Below are positions 12,857 through 22,156 of a stretch of DNA of 64,000 bases, in pieces; position 1 is the first letter of the stretch, and each line of letters begins with the position of its first letter. Origin of the DNA: a virus; the IMG/VR virus record IMGVR_UViG_3300027805_000008, positions 1 to 64,000 of that record; one strand, given 5' to 3'. The notes beneath the pieces were generated by a model. The model saw only the letters and a list, made by a program, of their open reading frames with translations. It was not told where the DNA came from and did no database searches. A program made the position numbers and the translations under genes.

Positions 12857-12868
12857 GTACCTTCCTTT

Positions 12869-13429
12869 CTAATTTTTGAATTCTGCTAGGAATTCTCTAT
12901 ATCTTGCCCCATTAAGGGAAGACCATGATGACCAATCGATTCCGCCTTTAGTCATATAATACGTTATCTCTGCGTTAATTACTGGATCAAACAATAAAAT
13001 GTTTGACTTTAGATCAAATTTTTCTTTACGATCAATGCCGAGTTCACCCAACATATTAATCTGAAAAATTCCGTAGGAACTGTCTCCAGTTTTCCTGTTA
13101 CCATTGTAAGCCATAGGCCTTGAATTGGATTCTGACTTAGCAATAGCCCAAGCCTGTTTAAGGGCTTTTCCTTCAAAGCCAACAGCTGATAGAAGTTCTT
13201 TTAGTTCTTCGTCTGTTAGCATCTCAGAAGGCTTGTACACAGTAGTGCTGTACTTCTCTAAGGTTTCTTTCTTTAGTTGTACTGTTGATTTCACAGGTGT
13301 TTCTACCTGCAATGCTTGAGTTGCTGTTGGTCCAGGCTGGACAGTAAATAAAAATAATGTTATCATTCCTATATACGACCAGTTATGAGCAACATCGCTC
13401 AAACGTTGTTTTACTTTCTCCATTGGCAT
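12869..13429 (-). CDS. lytic transglycosylase (SLT/lysozyme-like) with N-terminal hydrophobic segment
   Basis: AIAKSES..SYGIFQIN..W..W catalytic motifs. Confidence 0.8.
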   Translation of the reverse strand: MPMEKVKQRLSDVAHNWSYIGMITLFLFTVQPGPTATQALQVETPVKSTVQLKKETLEKYSTTVYKPSEMLTDEELKELLSAVGFEGKALKQAWAIAKSESNSRPMAYNGNRKTGDSSYGIFQINMLGELGIDRKEKFDLKSNILLFDPVINAEITYYMTKGGIDWSSWSSLNGARYREFLAEFKN

Positions 13430-13507
13430 TTCCTCCTTTAGAGATAACGAACTATAATAATAACATTACTTGGCAGTAGGTGTCAAGCCAGTCAACCAGA
13501 AACTAAT

Positions 13508-14500
13508 ATGAATATATCACTATATATACCAAGATCAGGCCTAAACCCAGCAGTAGGCTTTGGTTATGCAGCACAACATATGGTTAAATCTTTACAAAGC
13601 TTAGGACATTCTGTTAGCTGGTCAAATCCAAATGCACAACTACAATTAAATTTTACACAACCACATTTGTATAAGAGACACAAAAATCAATATCAGATTG
13701 GTTATACTCCTTGGGAATCAACTGGAATGCGAAGAGACTGGGTCGATACATTAAATGATTGCGACGAAGTCTGGGCAACGTCTACTTGGAATGCTGATGT
13801 GTATAAAGAGAATGGCGTAGATAAAGATATAACTATTTACCCGCATGGTATAGAAGAAGTTTGGACTCCTTATAAAAGGCTTGTTGGAAATACGTTTAAG
13901 TTTTTGCATGTTGGGGAGCCATCTCCAAGAAAAAGCGGGCAGTTAGTTGTTGATACCTTTATCAAACTATTCGGTAATAACCCAAAGTATCATCTAACAG
14001 TTAAAGCTCATCATAGTTCTACTATAAGAATATATGATAAGTATATGCGTTTAGTTTCTCCGACAGATGTATATAGTAATATAACTATAGTTACAGATGA
14101 ATATGAGATTGAGCAGTTGGTTAATTTATACCACCGTCATCATTGTTTGATTTATCCAACCTGGGGAGAAGGATTTGGTTTTATTCCAGCACAAGCCCTA
14201 GCATCTGGAATGCCTACAATAACGACATTCCCCTGGGCGGAGTATAAAGAATTTATTGGTCCGCTAAAGCTAAAGTCTACACTTACAACTGAGACTTTGC
14301 CTAAAGCAGTTGGTGATGCCCATGTTGGTCAGATGTTTAAACCAGATGAAAATCATTTAGCAGAACAAATGTTAGATGTTGTTGATAATTTTAAAGCATA
14401 TGCAGGATACTATTTTTCTCAGTCGCCTGAAATACATGAAAAGTTCAATTGGATTAAGTTGACTAAGAATGCGTTTAGTCATTTAGAGGAAAAATTTTAA
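13508..14500 (+). CDS. glycosyltransferase, GT4/GT-B fold
   Basis: PRKSG, YPTWGEGFGFIPAQALASGMP. Confidence 0.85.
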   Translation: MNISLYIPRSGLNPAVGFGYAAQHMVKSLQSLGHSVSWSNPNAQLQLNFTQPHLYKRHKNQYQIGYTPWESTGMRRDWVDTLNDCDEVWATSTWNADVYKENGVDKDITIYPHGIEEVWTPYKRLVGNTFKFLHVGEPSPRKSGQLVVDTFIKLFGNNPKYHLTVKAHHSSTIRIYDKYMRLVSPTDVYSNITIVTDEYEIEQLVNLYHRHHCLIYPTWGEGFGFIPAQALASGMPTITTFPWAEYKEFIGPLKLKSTLTTETLPKAVGDAHVGQMFKPDENHLAEQMLDVVDNFKAYAGYYFSQSPEIHEKFNWIKLTKNAFSHLEEKF

Positions 14501-14592
14501 TACCCCTTCCCCTTTATATTAAAGTTTGGTAGAATTAGACTTCAACTAAAAATTATATAACCGCAAGGCGGAGAAAAGGTGTTATTTTAAAA

Positions 14593-16527
14593 ATGTCAAA
14601 AACTATTGCAAACCCATACGAAAACTTTATTGCTCTGTCTCGCTATGCTAGATGGATTCCAGAAGAAGGCCGACGTGAGACATGGGGAGAGACAGTAGAT
14701 AGATATTTTTCTTTCATGATTGATCACCTAAAAGAAAACTATAATTATATTCCAACTGAAAAGCTTGTTGCGGAATTAAAAGAGGCTGTATTCAATAGGA
14801 ATGTTATGCCATCAATGCGAGCAGTAATGACTTCTGGAGCAGCATTAGATAGAGATCACGTAGCTGGATATAACTGTTCATTTGTTCCAGTAGATAACCC
14901 TCGTTCATTTGATGAGACAATGTATATTCTTATGTGTGGAACAGGTGTTGGCTTCTCTGTTGAATATAAATATGTTAACAAGCTTCCTGCCGTCCCAGAG
15001 TCACTAGAAAAGTCAGATACAGTAATTGTTGTAGAAGATTCAAAGCAGGGATGGGCAAAGGCTTATCGTGAACTCTTGGCTTTGCTATGGACAGGACATA
15101 TTCCAGCAATCGATGTATCTAAAGTTCGTCCAGCAGGAGCAAGACTTAAAACAATGGGTGGACGTTCATCTGGACCGCAACCACTTGTTAATCTTTTTGA
15201 TTTTACAATTGCAAAGTTTAAGAATGCAGTAGGTCGTCAACTAAAGCCTATTGAGGCACACGACATTATGTGTAAGATTGGTGAAGTGGTAGTTGTCGGC
15301 GGAGTAAGACGTTCTGCCATGATTTCTCTTTCTAATATTAACGATATTGAAATGGCAGCAGCCAAGTCTGGTAACTGGTGGGAAAATAATACCCAACGTG
15401 CACTTTCAAATAATTCAGTGGCATATTCTCGTAAGCCACAAATGGAGCAGTTTATTGCAGAATGGAAGAATCTGTATGATTCAAAATCGGGAGAACGAGG
15501 TATATACAACGTGGCCGCAGCTCAAGCCCAAGCAGCCAAGTATGGAAGAAGAGATCCAGATATACACTATGGAACTAACCCTTGTTCAGAGATTATTCTA
15601 CGTCCTTACCAGTTTTGTAACCTTTCAGAAGTCGTACTACGTGAAAATGATACAAAGAAAGATATTGAACGTAAAGTAGAACTTGCTACAATTCTTGGAA
15701 CATGGCAGTCCACTCTAACAGATTTTAAATATCTTCGTAAAATTTGGAAAGACAACACAGAAGAAGAGCGTCTGCTTGGGGTGTCTTTGACTGGACAATT
15801 TGGACACAAGTTTATGTCAGGTAAAGAAGATCTTGTTTCACTAGAAGCTTTTTTAATGACTCTTAGAGAATCAGCAAGAGCAAAGAATAAAGATGAGGCT
15901 GGGAAAATTGGGATTCCAGAGTCTGCCGCTATTACATGCGTAAAGCCATCTGGAACAGTATCTCAATTGGTCGGGGTGTCTTCAGGAATGCATGCTTGGC
16001 ATTCTCCATATTATATTCGTACAGTACGTGGCTCAAAAGGAGATCCAATTTCTACATTTTTGAAAGAAGTTGGAATTCCCGTAGAAGATGATGTAATGAA
16101 GCCAAACGATACATATGTATTCTCATTTCCAGTTAAAGCACCAGAAGGTGCAATTGTTAGAAATGATTTAACCGCTATTGAGCATCTAAATATTTGGTTG
16201 GTTTATCAACGTGCATGGTGTGAGCATAAACCATCTATTACAGTTTCTGTAAAAGAAGATGAGTGGATGGAAGTTGGGGCCTGGGTATATAAGCATTTTG
16301 ATGAGGTGTCTGGAATTTCATTCCTTCCTCATTCAGATCACTCATATAAGCAGGCGCCGTATCAAGAAGTCACAAAAGAAGAATACGAGGCGCTCCTTGC
16401 AAAAATGCCAAATGATATTCGCTGGGAAGACTTATCTTTTTATGAAACAGAAGATGGAACTTCAACAAATGCCACTCTAGCCTGTACTTCAGACGGAAAT
16501 TGCGAGATTGTAGACATTTCCGCTTAA
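14593..16527 (+). CDS. nrdJ: class II (adenosylcobalamin-dependent) ribonucleotide reductase
   Basis: YNCS, TNPCSEI, CNLSEV, TCVKPSGT, C-terminal CxxxxC; no adjacent R2 subunit gene. Confidence 0.9.
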   Translation: MSKTIANPYENFIALSRYARWIPEEGRRETWGETVDRYFSFMIDHLKENYNYIPTEKLVAELKEAVFNRNVMPSMRAVMTSGAALDRDHVAGYNCSFVPVDNPRSFDETMYILMCGTGVGFSVEYKYVNKLPAVPESLEKSDTVIVVEDSKQGWAKAYRELLALLWTGHIPAIDVSKVRPAGARLKTMGGRSSGPQPLVNLFDFTIAKFKNAVGRQLKPIEAHDIMCKIGEVVVVGGVRRSAMISLSNINDIEMAAAKSGNWWENNTQRALSNNSVAYSRKPQMEQFIAEWKNLYDSKSGERGIYNVAAAQAQAAKYGRRDPDIHYGTNPCSEIILRPYQFCNLSEVVLRENDTKKDIERKVELATILGTWQSTLTDFKYLRKIWKDNTEEERLLGVSLTGQFGHKFMSGKEDLVSLEAFLMTLRESARAKNKDEAGKIGIPESAAITCVKPSGTVSQLVGVSSGMHAWHSPYYIRTVRGSKGDPISTFLKEVGIPVEDDVMKPNDTYVFSFPVKAPEGAIVRNDLTAIEHLNIWLVYQRAWCEHKPSITVSVKEDEWMEVGAWVYKHFDEVSGISFLPHSDHSYKQAPYQEVTKEEYEALLAKMPNDIRWEDLSFYETEDGTSTNATLACTSDGNCEIVDISA

Positions 16528-16598
16528 AGGGTATATAATAAATATTGGGGTAACTCCCAAAATTCCTGGGCATAAGGCCCAGAAATAAGGAGGATCTT

Positions 16599-16823
16599 AT
16601 GAAACAAGATCTTAACAATGATGGAAAGGTAACTATGCAAGAGAAAATTCTAGCAGCGTTAGCAAGCTATGGTCGTCACTTTTTGGGTGCAGCCATTGCT
16701 CTTTACATGACTGGAAATACTGACCCAGGAGACTTAATCAAGGGTGGTATTGCAGCCATTTTGCCAGTAATTCTTAAAGCGCTTAATACTAATGAGCCAG
16801 CTTTTGGATTTACTAAGAAGTAA
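16599..16823 (+). CDS. holin-like membrane protein
   Basis: 74 aa, two hydrophobic helices, LN..EPAFG C-terminus. Confidence 0.6.
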   Translation: MKQDLNNDGKVTMQEKILAALASYGRHFLGAAIALYMTGNTDPGDLIKGGIAAILPVILKALNTNEPAFGFTKK

Positions 16824-16846
16824 ATTTAACAAGTAATTAGGATGGC

Positions 16847-16874
16847 TCCTATGCTAAAATGAGCATAGGAGTTT
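16847..16874 (+). terminator. intrinsic terminator overlapping a TGnTAAAAT -10 element
   Basis: CTCCTATGCT-aaaatg-AGCATAGGAG-TTTT. Confidence 0.65.
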
Positions 16875-16896
16875 TCCTATTTAGGAGATTTAGCAA

Positions 16897-17244
16897 ATGG
16901 CAGGACAAAGAAATTTTGAAGTAGATCAAAATACTACTTTTACTTTTACAGTTGAATATAAGGACAATGACGGTGACCCTATTGTGCTTACTAACTGTTC
17001 TGCAAAAATGCAGGTTCGTGATACAAAGGGTGGCAGCAAATTAGCCTTTTCTCTTACTTCTCCATCTGGCGGAATAATTATTGATGAGCCTAATGGAAAA
17101 TTGACTATTAAGATGACTCCAACTCAAACAAATAAATTATTTTATCCAAAGTCTTCGTATGACATTATGTTGACTGATAGCAATCTAAATAAAACAAAAT
17201 TGCTTGAAGGATTTATTAGTCTAAGTAGATCGGTAACATTATAA
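16897..17244 (+). CDS. Ig-like virion structural protein (BppU N-terminal-like)
   Basis: DQNTTF..AKMQVR..YDIML..LLEG.I motif. Confidence 0.6.
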   Translation: MAGQRNFEVDQNTTFTFTVEYKDNDGDPIVLTNCSAKMQVRDTKGGSKLAFSLTSPSGGIIIDEPNGKLTIKMTPTQTNKLFYPKSSYDIMLTDSNLNKTKLLEGFISLSRSVTL

Positions 17245-17708
17245 TGCCTATTACAAATAATAATAATAATCCTACGGTTGTAGTAACAGAACAGGTAAAC
17301 AAGGTTCTTGTTGCCTCCCCTGGTCCACAGGGTCCCCGTGGAAAAACTATTTTAAATGGCAATGGTGCCCCAGCAGACAATTTGGGATTTGATGGAGACT
17401 TTTATTATGACAAAGAAACAACAAGATTTTATGGACCAAAGCCACTAGATGGCTCTTGGGCTGGAGCAAACAACTTCCTTTTAAACAGGGAATATTTCCT
17501 TGATTTCTCTTGGGAAATGGCTCAGTTGGTAGGCCCAGTAAATGGGGTTTATTCTATTGAAATTGATCATGGGCTAGGATTTCATCCAAACGTCACGGTA
17601 AAAACAAGTGGCGGAGATATATTAGAAACAGGAATAGACTATAATAGTATTAATAAAATAACACTGATAATGGCTCAACCATTCTCAGGGACAGCATATC
17701 TGTCTTAG
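17244..17708 (+). CDS. fibre-like virion protein with short collagen motif
   Basis: GPQGPRG, GAP...G.DGDFY, H.LGFHP. Confidence 0.6.
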   Translation: MPITNNNNNPTVVVTEQVNKVLVASPGPQGPRGKTILNGNGAPADNLGFDGDFYYDKETTRFYGPKPLDGSWAGANNFLLNREYFLDFSWEMAQLVGPVNGVYSIEIDHGLGFHPNVTVKTSGGDILETGIDYNSINKITLIMAQPFSGTAYLS

Positions 17709-17721
17709 AGGAGCAAAGTAA

Positions 17722-18903
17722 ATGGCAAGAAAATTTGTAGTTAGTATTGATCTTAACAGAAATGAACTTATCAATGCTAAAATTCACAACTTACCTGCGG
17801 CCCCAACACTATATACACTTGGTCAGATTTACTACAATACAACTGATAACAAGATGTATTACTACAATGGGCTGGAAGCACCTAATGGTCCATGGATGCC
17901 AATGTCTGGCTCCGAAGAGGTTATTCAAGATGTAATCTATAGCACTCTTCAAGAGGGCGAGGGCATAGATCTTTCCTATAATGATCCAGCAGGAACTTTA
18001 ACTATATCAGTAGAAGATGCTAGCACATCAAATAAAGGTGCCGCATCATTTAATTCAGATGACTTTAATGTAAACACTGGACATGTAGAACTTGAAGACA
18101 CAGTTGTAAAATCTGTAACAACAGATTCTGGCGCACTAACTCCTTCATCACACGGAATATCAATTCTAGGCGGAGAAGGAATTGATGTAACCCATACTGG
18201 AACATCAATTACTGTAGCTGGAGAAGATGCATCTACAACAAATAAAGGTGTGGCTTCTTTTGCAACAGCAGACTTTAATGTAACATCTGGCGCAGTATCG
18301 ATCAAAAACGTAGACCTTGGCTCACAAACCACTGGTAATTACGTTGCCACTATTGCTGGAACAGAAAATGAAATTACAGTAAGTGGTTCTGGATCAGAAA
18401 CCGCAGCAGTAACAATAGGATTACCAGATAACGTAACTATCACAAATAACTTAAATGTTGGTGGAGACCTAAACGTATCTGGATCAATTAACTCTGTTAA
18501 TACCACTCAAGTTAATATATCTGATAACTATATTAACCTTAACAGCGATATGCCAGAAGAGAATACTCCTTCTGTAGATGCTGGAATTAAAGTCCATCGT
18601 GGAATAGAAGCAGATGTTGACATAAAATGGAATGAAACGTCAAATGAGTGGCAACTAACAAATGATGGATCAAACTACTATGGAATAACAAGAAAGTTTT
18701 CTAGTGTACTTTCAACTTCAGCAACAACATATATGGTTGCTCATAACTTAAATACTAGAGATGTTGTTGTTCAGATATACGAAACTGGATCTCCATATGC
18801 TCAAATAGAAGCAGATGTTGAGCACACTAACTTAAATGAAATTACAATAAAGTTTGCAGTTGCTCCTTCAGCAGGAGAATATAGGGTGGTTGTAACAGGA
18901 TAA
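17722..18903 (+). CDS. fibre/adhesin-like virion protein
   Basis: internal repeat EDAST.NKG.ASF...DFNV; C-terminal HNLNTRDVVVQ. Confidence 0.65.
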   Translation: MARKFVVSIDLNRNELINAKIHNLPAAPTLYTLGQIYYNTTDNKMYYYNGLEAPNGPWMPMSGSEEVIQDVIYSTLQEGEGIDLSYNDPAGTLTISVEDASTSNKGAASFNSDDFNVNTGHVELEDTVVKSVTTDSGALTPSSHGISILGGEGIDVTHTGTSITVAGEDASTTNKGVASFATADFNVTSGAVSIKNVDLGSQTTGNYVATIAGTENEITVSGSGSETAAVTIGLPDNVTITNNLNVGGDLNVSGSINSVNTTQVNISDNYINLNSDMPEENTPSVDAGIKVHRGIEADVDIKWNETSNEWQLTNDGSNYYGITRKFSSVLSTSATTYMVAHNLNTRDVVVQIYETGSPYAQIEADVEHTNLNEITIKFAVAPSAGEYRVVVTG

Positions 18904-19265
18904 TGGCAATTAAATATAAGGTCCCTTTAAATTTAGCTGGAATAGCAACAGATCCATCTAATCAACCAATTGGAAGTATTTACTATAATACTGTAAGCAA
19001 TAAGATAAGAGTATTGACAGATATTGGATGGCAAAATGCATCTGTAGATTTAACTGCAGCTGGAAATACTTCTTACTACTCACCCCTTGCCCCTTCTGAT
19101 GTTCAGGGCACAGACGGAGATGTTTACTTTGACACACAAACTTTAACAGTTTATAGAAAGCTAAATGGAACATGGGGATCTGGAACAGAAGTAAACGTTT
19201 ACGTAAAGGCAGAAGTTGATCAATTAATTTCAGATGTGGAGGCTTTAGCTCTTGCTGGGCTATAA
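18903..19265 (+). CDS. fibre-associated virion protein
   Basis: GSIYYNT and G.DGDVYFDT motifs. Confidence 0.55.
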   Translation: MAIKYKVPLNLAGIATDPSNQPIGSIYYNTVSNKIRVLTDIGWQNASVDLTAAGNTSYYSPLAPSDVQGTDGDVYFDTQTLTVYRKLNGTWGSGTEVNVYVKAEVDQLISDVEALALAGL

Positions 19266-19271
19266 AATAAT

Positions 19272-20435
19272 ATGACACTAAATTTTTCTAATATTGAATC
19301 TGTAATATCAAACCGAATAGGTGCTTTAACAGTTACAGTTACCGCCGCATCTTCAAACGGAACAACCGTAACATATATTGCAAATAACAATTTTTCTGCT
19401 GGCCAATCAGTTAGTATAACTGGTCTTTCAACCGCAGCTTTTAATTTACAAAATGTAAGTATAGCTTCTGCAAACACAACACAGTTTACGGTAACAAGCT
19501 CTGCAACTGGAACAGCTGTTACTGGAGCAAGTGGCTCAGCCGTTATCAATATTGATACGAAGGAACTGCTTTTGCAGATGAAAGCAATTGAGTCTGCAAC
19601 AACAAACCTATCACTTGGCAAAGTTGTTTCAGAAGGTATTTTTCAGCAAGCTTCTCTTACATCAATTGCAAATCAGATAAATGCAGATATTGCAGATTTT
19701 CAAGATGACATTCAAAGTCTTTATGACGCAATAAATAATGCTGGAAATGTTACTGTTGGATCAACACAAACAATTACTGGTCAAAAAACAATAACTTCTC
19801 CAATTCTTACTGGAACACCAACGGCTCCAACTGCAGCTGCTGGAACAAATACAACACAAATAGCAACCACAGCCTTCGTAATATCTGAAGTCTCTACTGG
19901 TATATCTAATTTAATAGCTTCTTCACCTGCTCTATTAAATACATTACAAGAATTAGCGGCAGCTATAAATAATGATCCAACATTTTTTACTACAGTTGCT
20001 AATGGACTATCTACAAAAGCACCAATTAATAGTCCAACGTTTACAGGAACAGTAACACTACCTTCTGGAACATCTGGTGCAAATTTAATTAATATTCCAA
20101 ATTCTGCTTTAACTAACTCGTCTATGACGATAAATGGAACATCAATTTCTTTAGGAGGCAGCGGAAGCACATATCCAAACCAGACCTCAAATTCTGGCAA
20201 ATTTTTAACCACGGATGGCTCATCTGCAGCTTGGGGAACACCATTTTATCAGGTTATAGAGCAAGACAATACTCCAACTGTAAGCCAAAGACTTAAGTTG
20301 AATTTTGTCGGGGCTACCGTTACAGATGACTTGACTAATAACCGCACAACAGTTACAATTAATTCATCTGGGGGCATGAGCGGGTATGCTCTCGTCAAAC
20401 AAGTTGAAGCAATAACAGGAATACAAATTCTATAG
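19272..20435 (+). CDS. tail-fibre-like protein
   Basis: SPILTGTPTAPTAAAGTNTTQIATTAFV and SPALLNTLQELAAAINNDP.F fibre motifs. Confidence 0.75.
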   Translation: MTLNFSNIESVISNRIGALTVTVTAASSNGTTVTYIANNNFSAGQSVSITGLSTAAFNLQNVSIASANTTQFTVTSSATGTAVTGASGSAVINIDTKELLLQMKAIESATTNLSLGKVVSEGIFQQASLTSIANQINADIADFQDDIQSLYDAINNAGNVTVGSTQTITGQKTITSPILTGTPTAPTAAAGTNTTQIATTAFVISEVSTGISNLIASSPALLNTLQELAAAINNDPTFFTTVANGLSTKAPINSPTFTGTVTLPSGTSGANLINIPNSALTNSSMTINGTSISLGGSGSTYPNQTSNSGKFLTTDGSSAAWGTPFYQVIEQDNTPTVSQRLKLNFVGATVTDDLTNNRTTVTINSSGGMSGYALVKQVEAITGIQIL

Positions 20436-20450
20436 GAATAGGGGTACAAT

Positions 20451-21824
20451 ATGCCAAATTATACTAGTTTATCATCACAGATAGACGCAGTTAAATCAGA
20501 AATTACTGCTAGTTTAGCAGCAAGCGTTTATAGCGCTCAGGATTTAGTTTTCGTTGCTTCAGCACTTAAAACATTAGGCGGAATGCTAGGAGTCGATGAC
20601 ATTGTTCAGGCTTCTGCAGATGCACAAGATTCACTCTCTGGACTAGTTTCAGATATTTTAGACGGTTCAGCTCCAGCAGTTGCTGGTCAACTTTATGTAG
20701 GAGATGCTCCACAAGCATGGAATACATCAGCAGATCTTACAAACCCAGTAGCAGTTTTCAGATATGATTCTGGTACAAATGATTCATCTTTTGCTCAGGT
20801 AGCATTTAATAATGATGACCCAACTTCTTCAACAGATATAATTGTTTACTCTTCTAACGGTAACGATACATCTGGTTGGACAGGTATGGGTATGACAGGA
20901 AATGCATTTGACGATGCAACATTTGGAATTACTGGTCCACATGATGGATATATTTTTACATCAGCAAAGGCTCCTTTAACAGCAACAATTACTAATAAGG
21001 GCCTAGCATCAAACGTTGCTACAATTACAACTTCGGCAGCACATGGATTTACAACTGGAAAAACTGTAAAAATCGAAGGTGTTGATTCAACATTTAACGG
21101 AACTTATGAGATTACAGGAACTCCAACAACAGTAACATTTACATACGCAAAAACTGCTTCTCCAGTTTCAACTACATCAGCAAGCGGATCAGCAACGATG
21201 TACTTTGGAAAAGGAAATTTGGTATTAGCAACAGACAGCACTGGTTCAGAAAATGCAATTATTATTGCAGCTGGAGGATATGCCTCTGGAGATACACAGG
21301 TTGCAATTGTTCCAAATGTCAGCGTTCACGTTGAAATTCCAACCCCATCAGTAAGCCCATCAACTGGAGCAGTTACTGTTGTGGGTGGAGTAGGAATTAA
21401 TGGTGATCTTAATATTGCTGGAGATGTTAATATTAACGGTACAATCTCATTTGCAGGAGGCGGAACCACAGTTGTTTCTGAGAATCTTGCAGTCACAGAT
21501 CCAGCAATTTTCGTAGCAAATGGAAACACTGGAAACCTAGTAGACCTATCATTTGTAGGAACATATACAGTGGGTGGAAATACTAAGTATACAGCACTAT
21601 CTAAGGATGCAACAGACGGAGTTTGGAAGCTTGCTTCTAATATAACAACTCAGCCAACCACTACAATTAACTATGCAGAAGCTGGCGTAACTCTAGATAG
21701 ATTGCAACTAGATCAAGTAATAATTAATTCAGCACCAACAATAAATTCTCATGCAACAACAAAACAATATGTAGATGCTCAAGAGTGGAACAATACAGTT
21801 CTAAGCTTAGCATTAGCAATATAA
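20451..21824 (+). CDS. fibre-like virion protein
   Basis: TGAVTVVGGVGI, HATTKQYVD fibre motifs. Confidence 0.7.
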   Translation: MPNYTSLSSQIDAVKSEITASLAASVYSAQDLVFVASALKTLGGMLGVDDIVQASADAQDSLSGLVSDILDGSAPAVAGQLYVGDAPQAWNTSADLTNPVAVFRYDSGTNDSSFAQVAFNNDDPTSSTDIIVYSSNGNDTSGWTGMGMTGNAFDDATFGITGPHDGYIFTSAKAPLTATITNKGLASNVATITTSAAHGFTTGKTVKIEGVDSTFNGTYEITGTPTTVTFTYAKTASPVSTTSASGSATMYFGKGNLVLATDSTGSENAIIIAAGGYASGDTQVAIVPNVSVHVEIPTPSVSPSTGAVTVVGGVGINGDLNIAGDVNINGTISFAGGGTTVVSENLAVTDPAIFVANGNTGNLVDLSFVGTYTVGGNTKYTALSKDATDGVWKLASNITTQPTTTINYAEAGVTLDRLQLDQVIINSAPTINSHATTKQYVDAQEWNNTVLSLALAI

Positions 21825-21846
21825 ATAAGGCTAACGGAGGTAAAAA

Positions 21847-22155
21847 ATGCCAACTAATAACATGAAAAGACTCTCGAGAGGGTCTTTGACAACATCAGAA
21901 ACAACACTGTATACAACACCATCAGGTGGACAGGCAGTTGTTACTAATATTGTTTTAACAAATACAACTAGCTCTGCTATTACAGCAACAATAAAGCTTG
22001 GTACACACGAAGTTCTAAATGCATCTTCCGTTGCTGCTAATGGAGTCCTAGCATTCGATCTTCGCCAAACACTGGAGAGTGCAGAAGCTATTTCTGGATT
22101 TGCTTCAGCTGTGGGCTTAAAAGCACACATTTCTGGCGTGGAGGTAACAGCATAA
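21847..22155 (+). CDS. small fibre-associated structural protein
   Basis: TTLYTTP..V.NIVLTN..ISGVE. Confidence 0.6.
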   Translation: MPTNNMKRLSRGSLTTSETTLYTTPSGGQAVVTNIVLTNTTSSAITATIKLGTHEVLNASSVAANGVLAFDLRQTLESAEAISGFASAVGLKAHISGVEVTA

Positions 22156-22156
22156 A

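Noticed and set aside
14500-14593. NrdR box or cobalamin riboswitch upstream of nrdJ
   Set aside because: No convincing match, and the leader is too short
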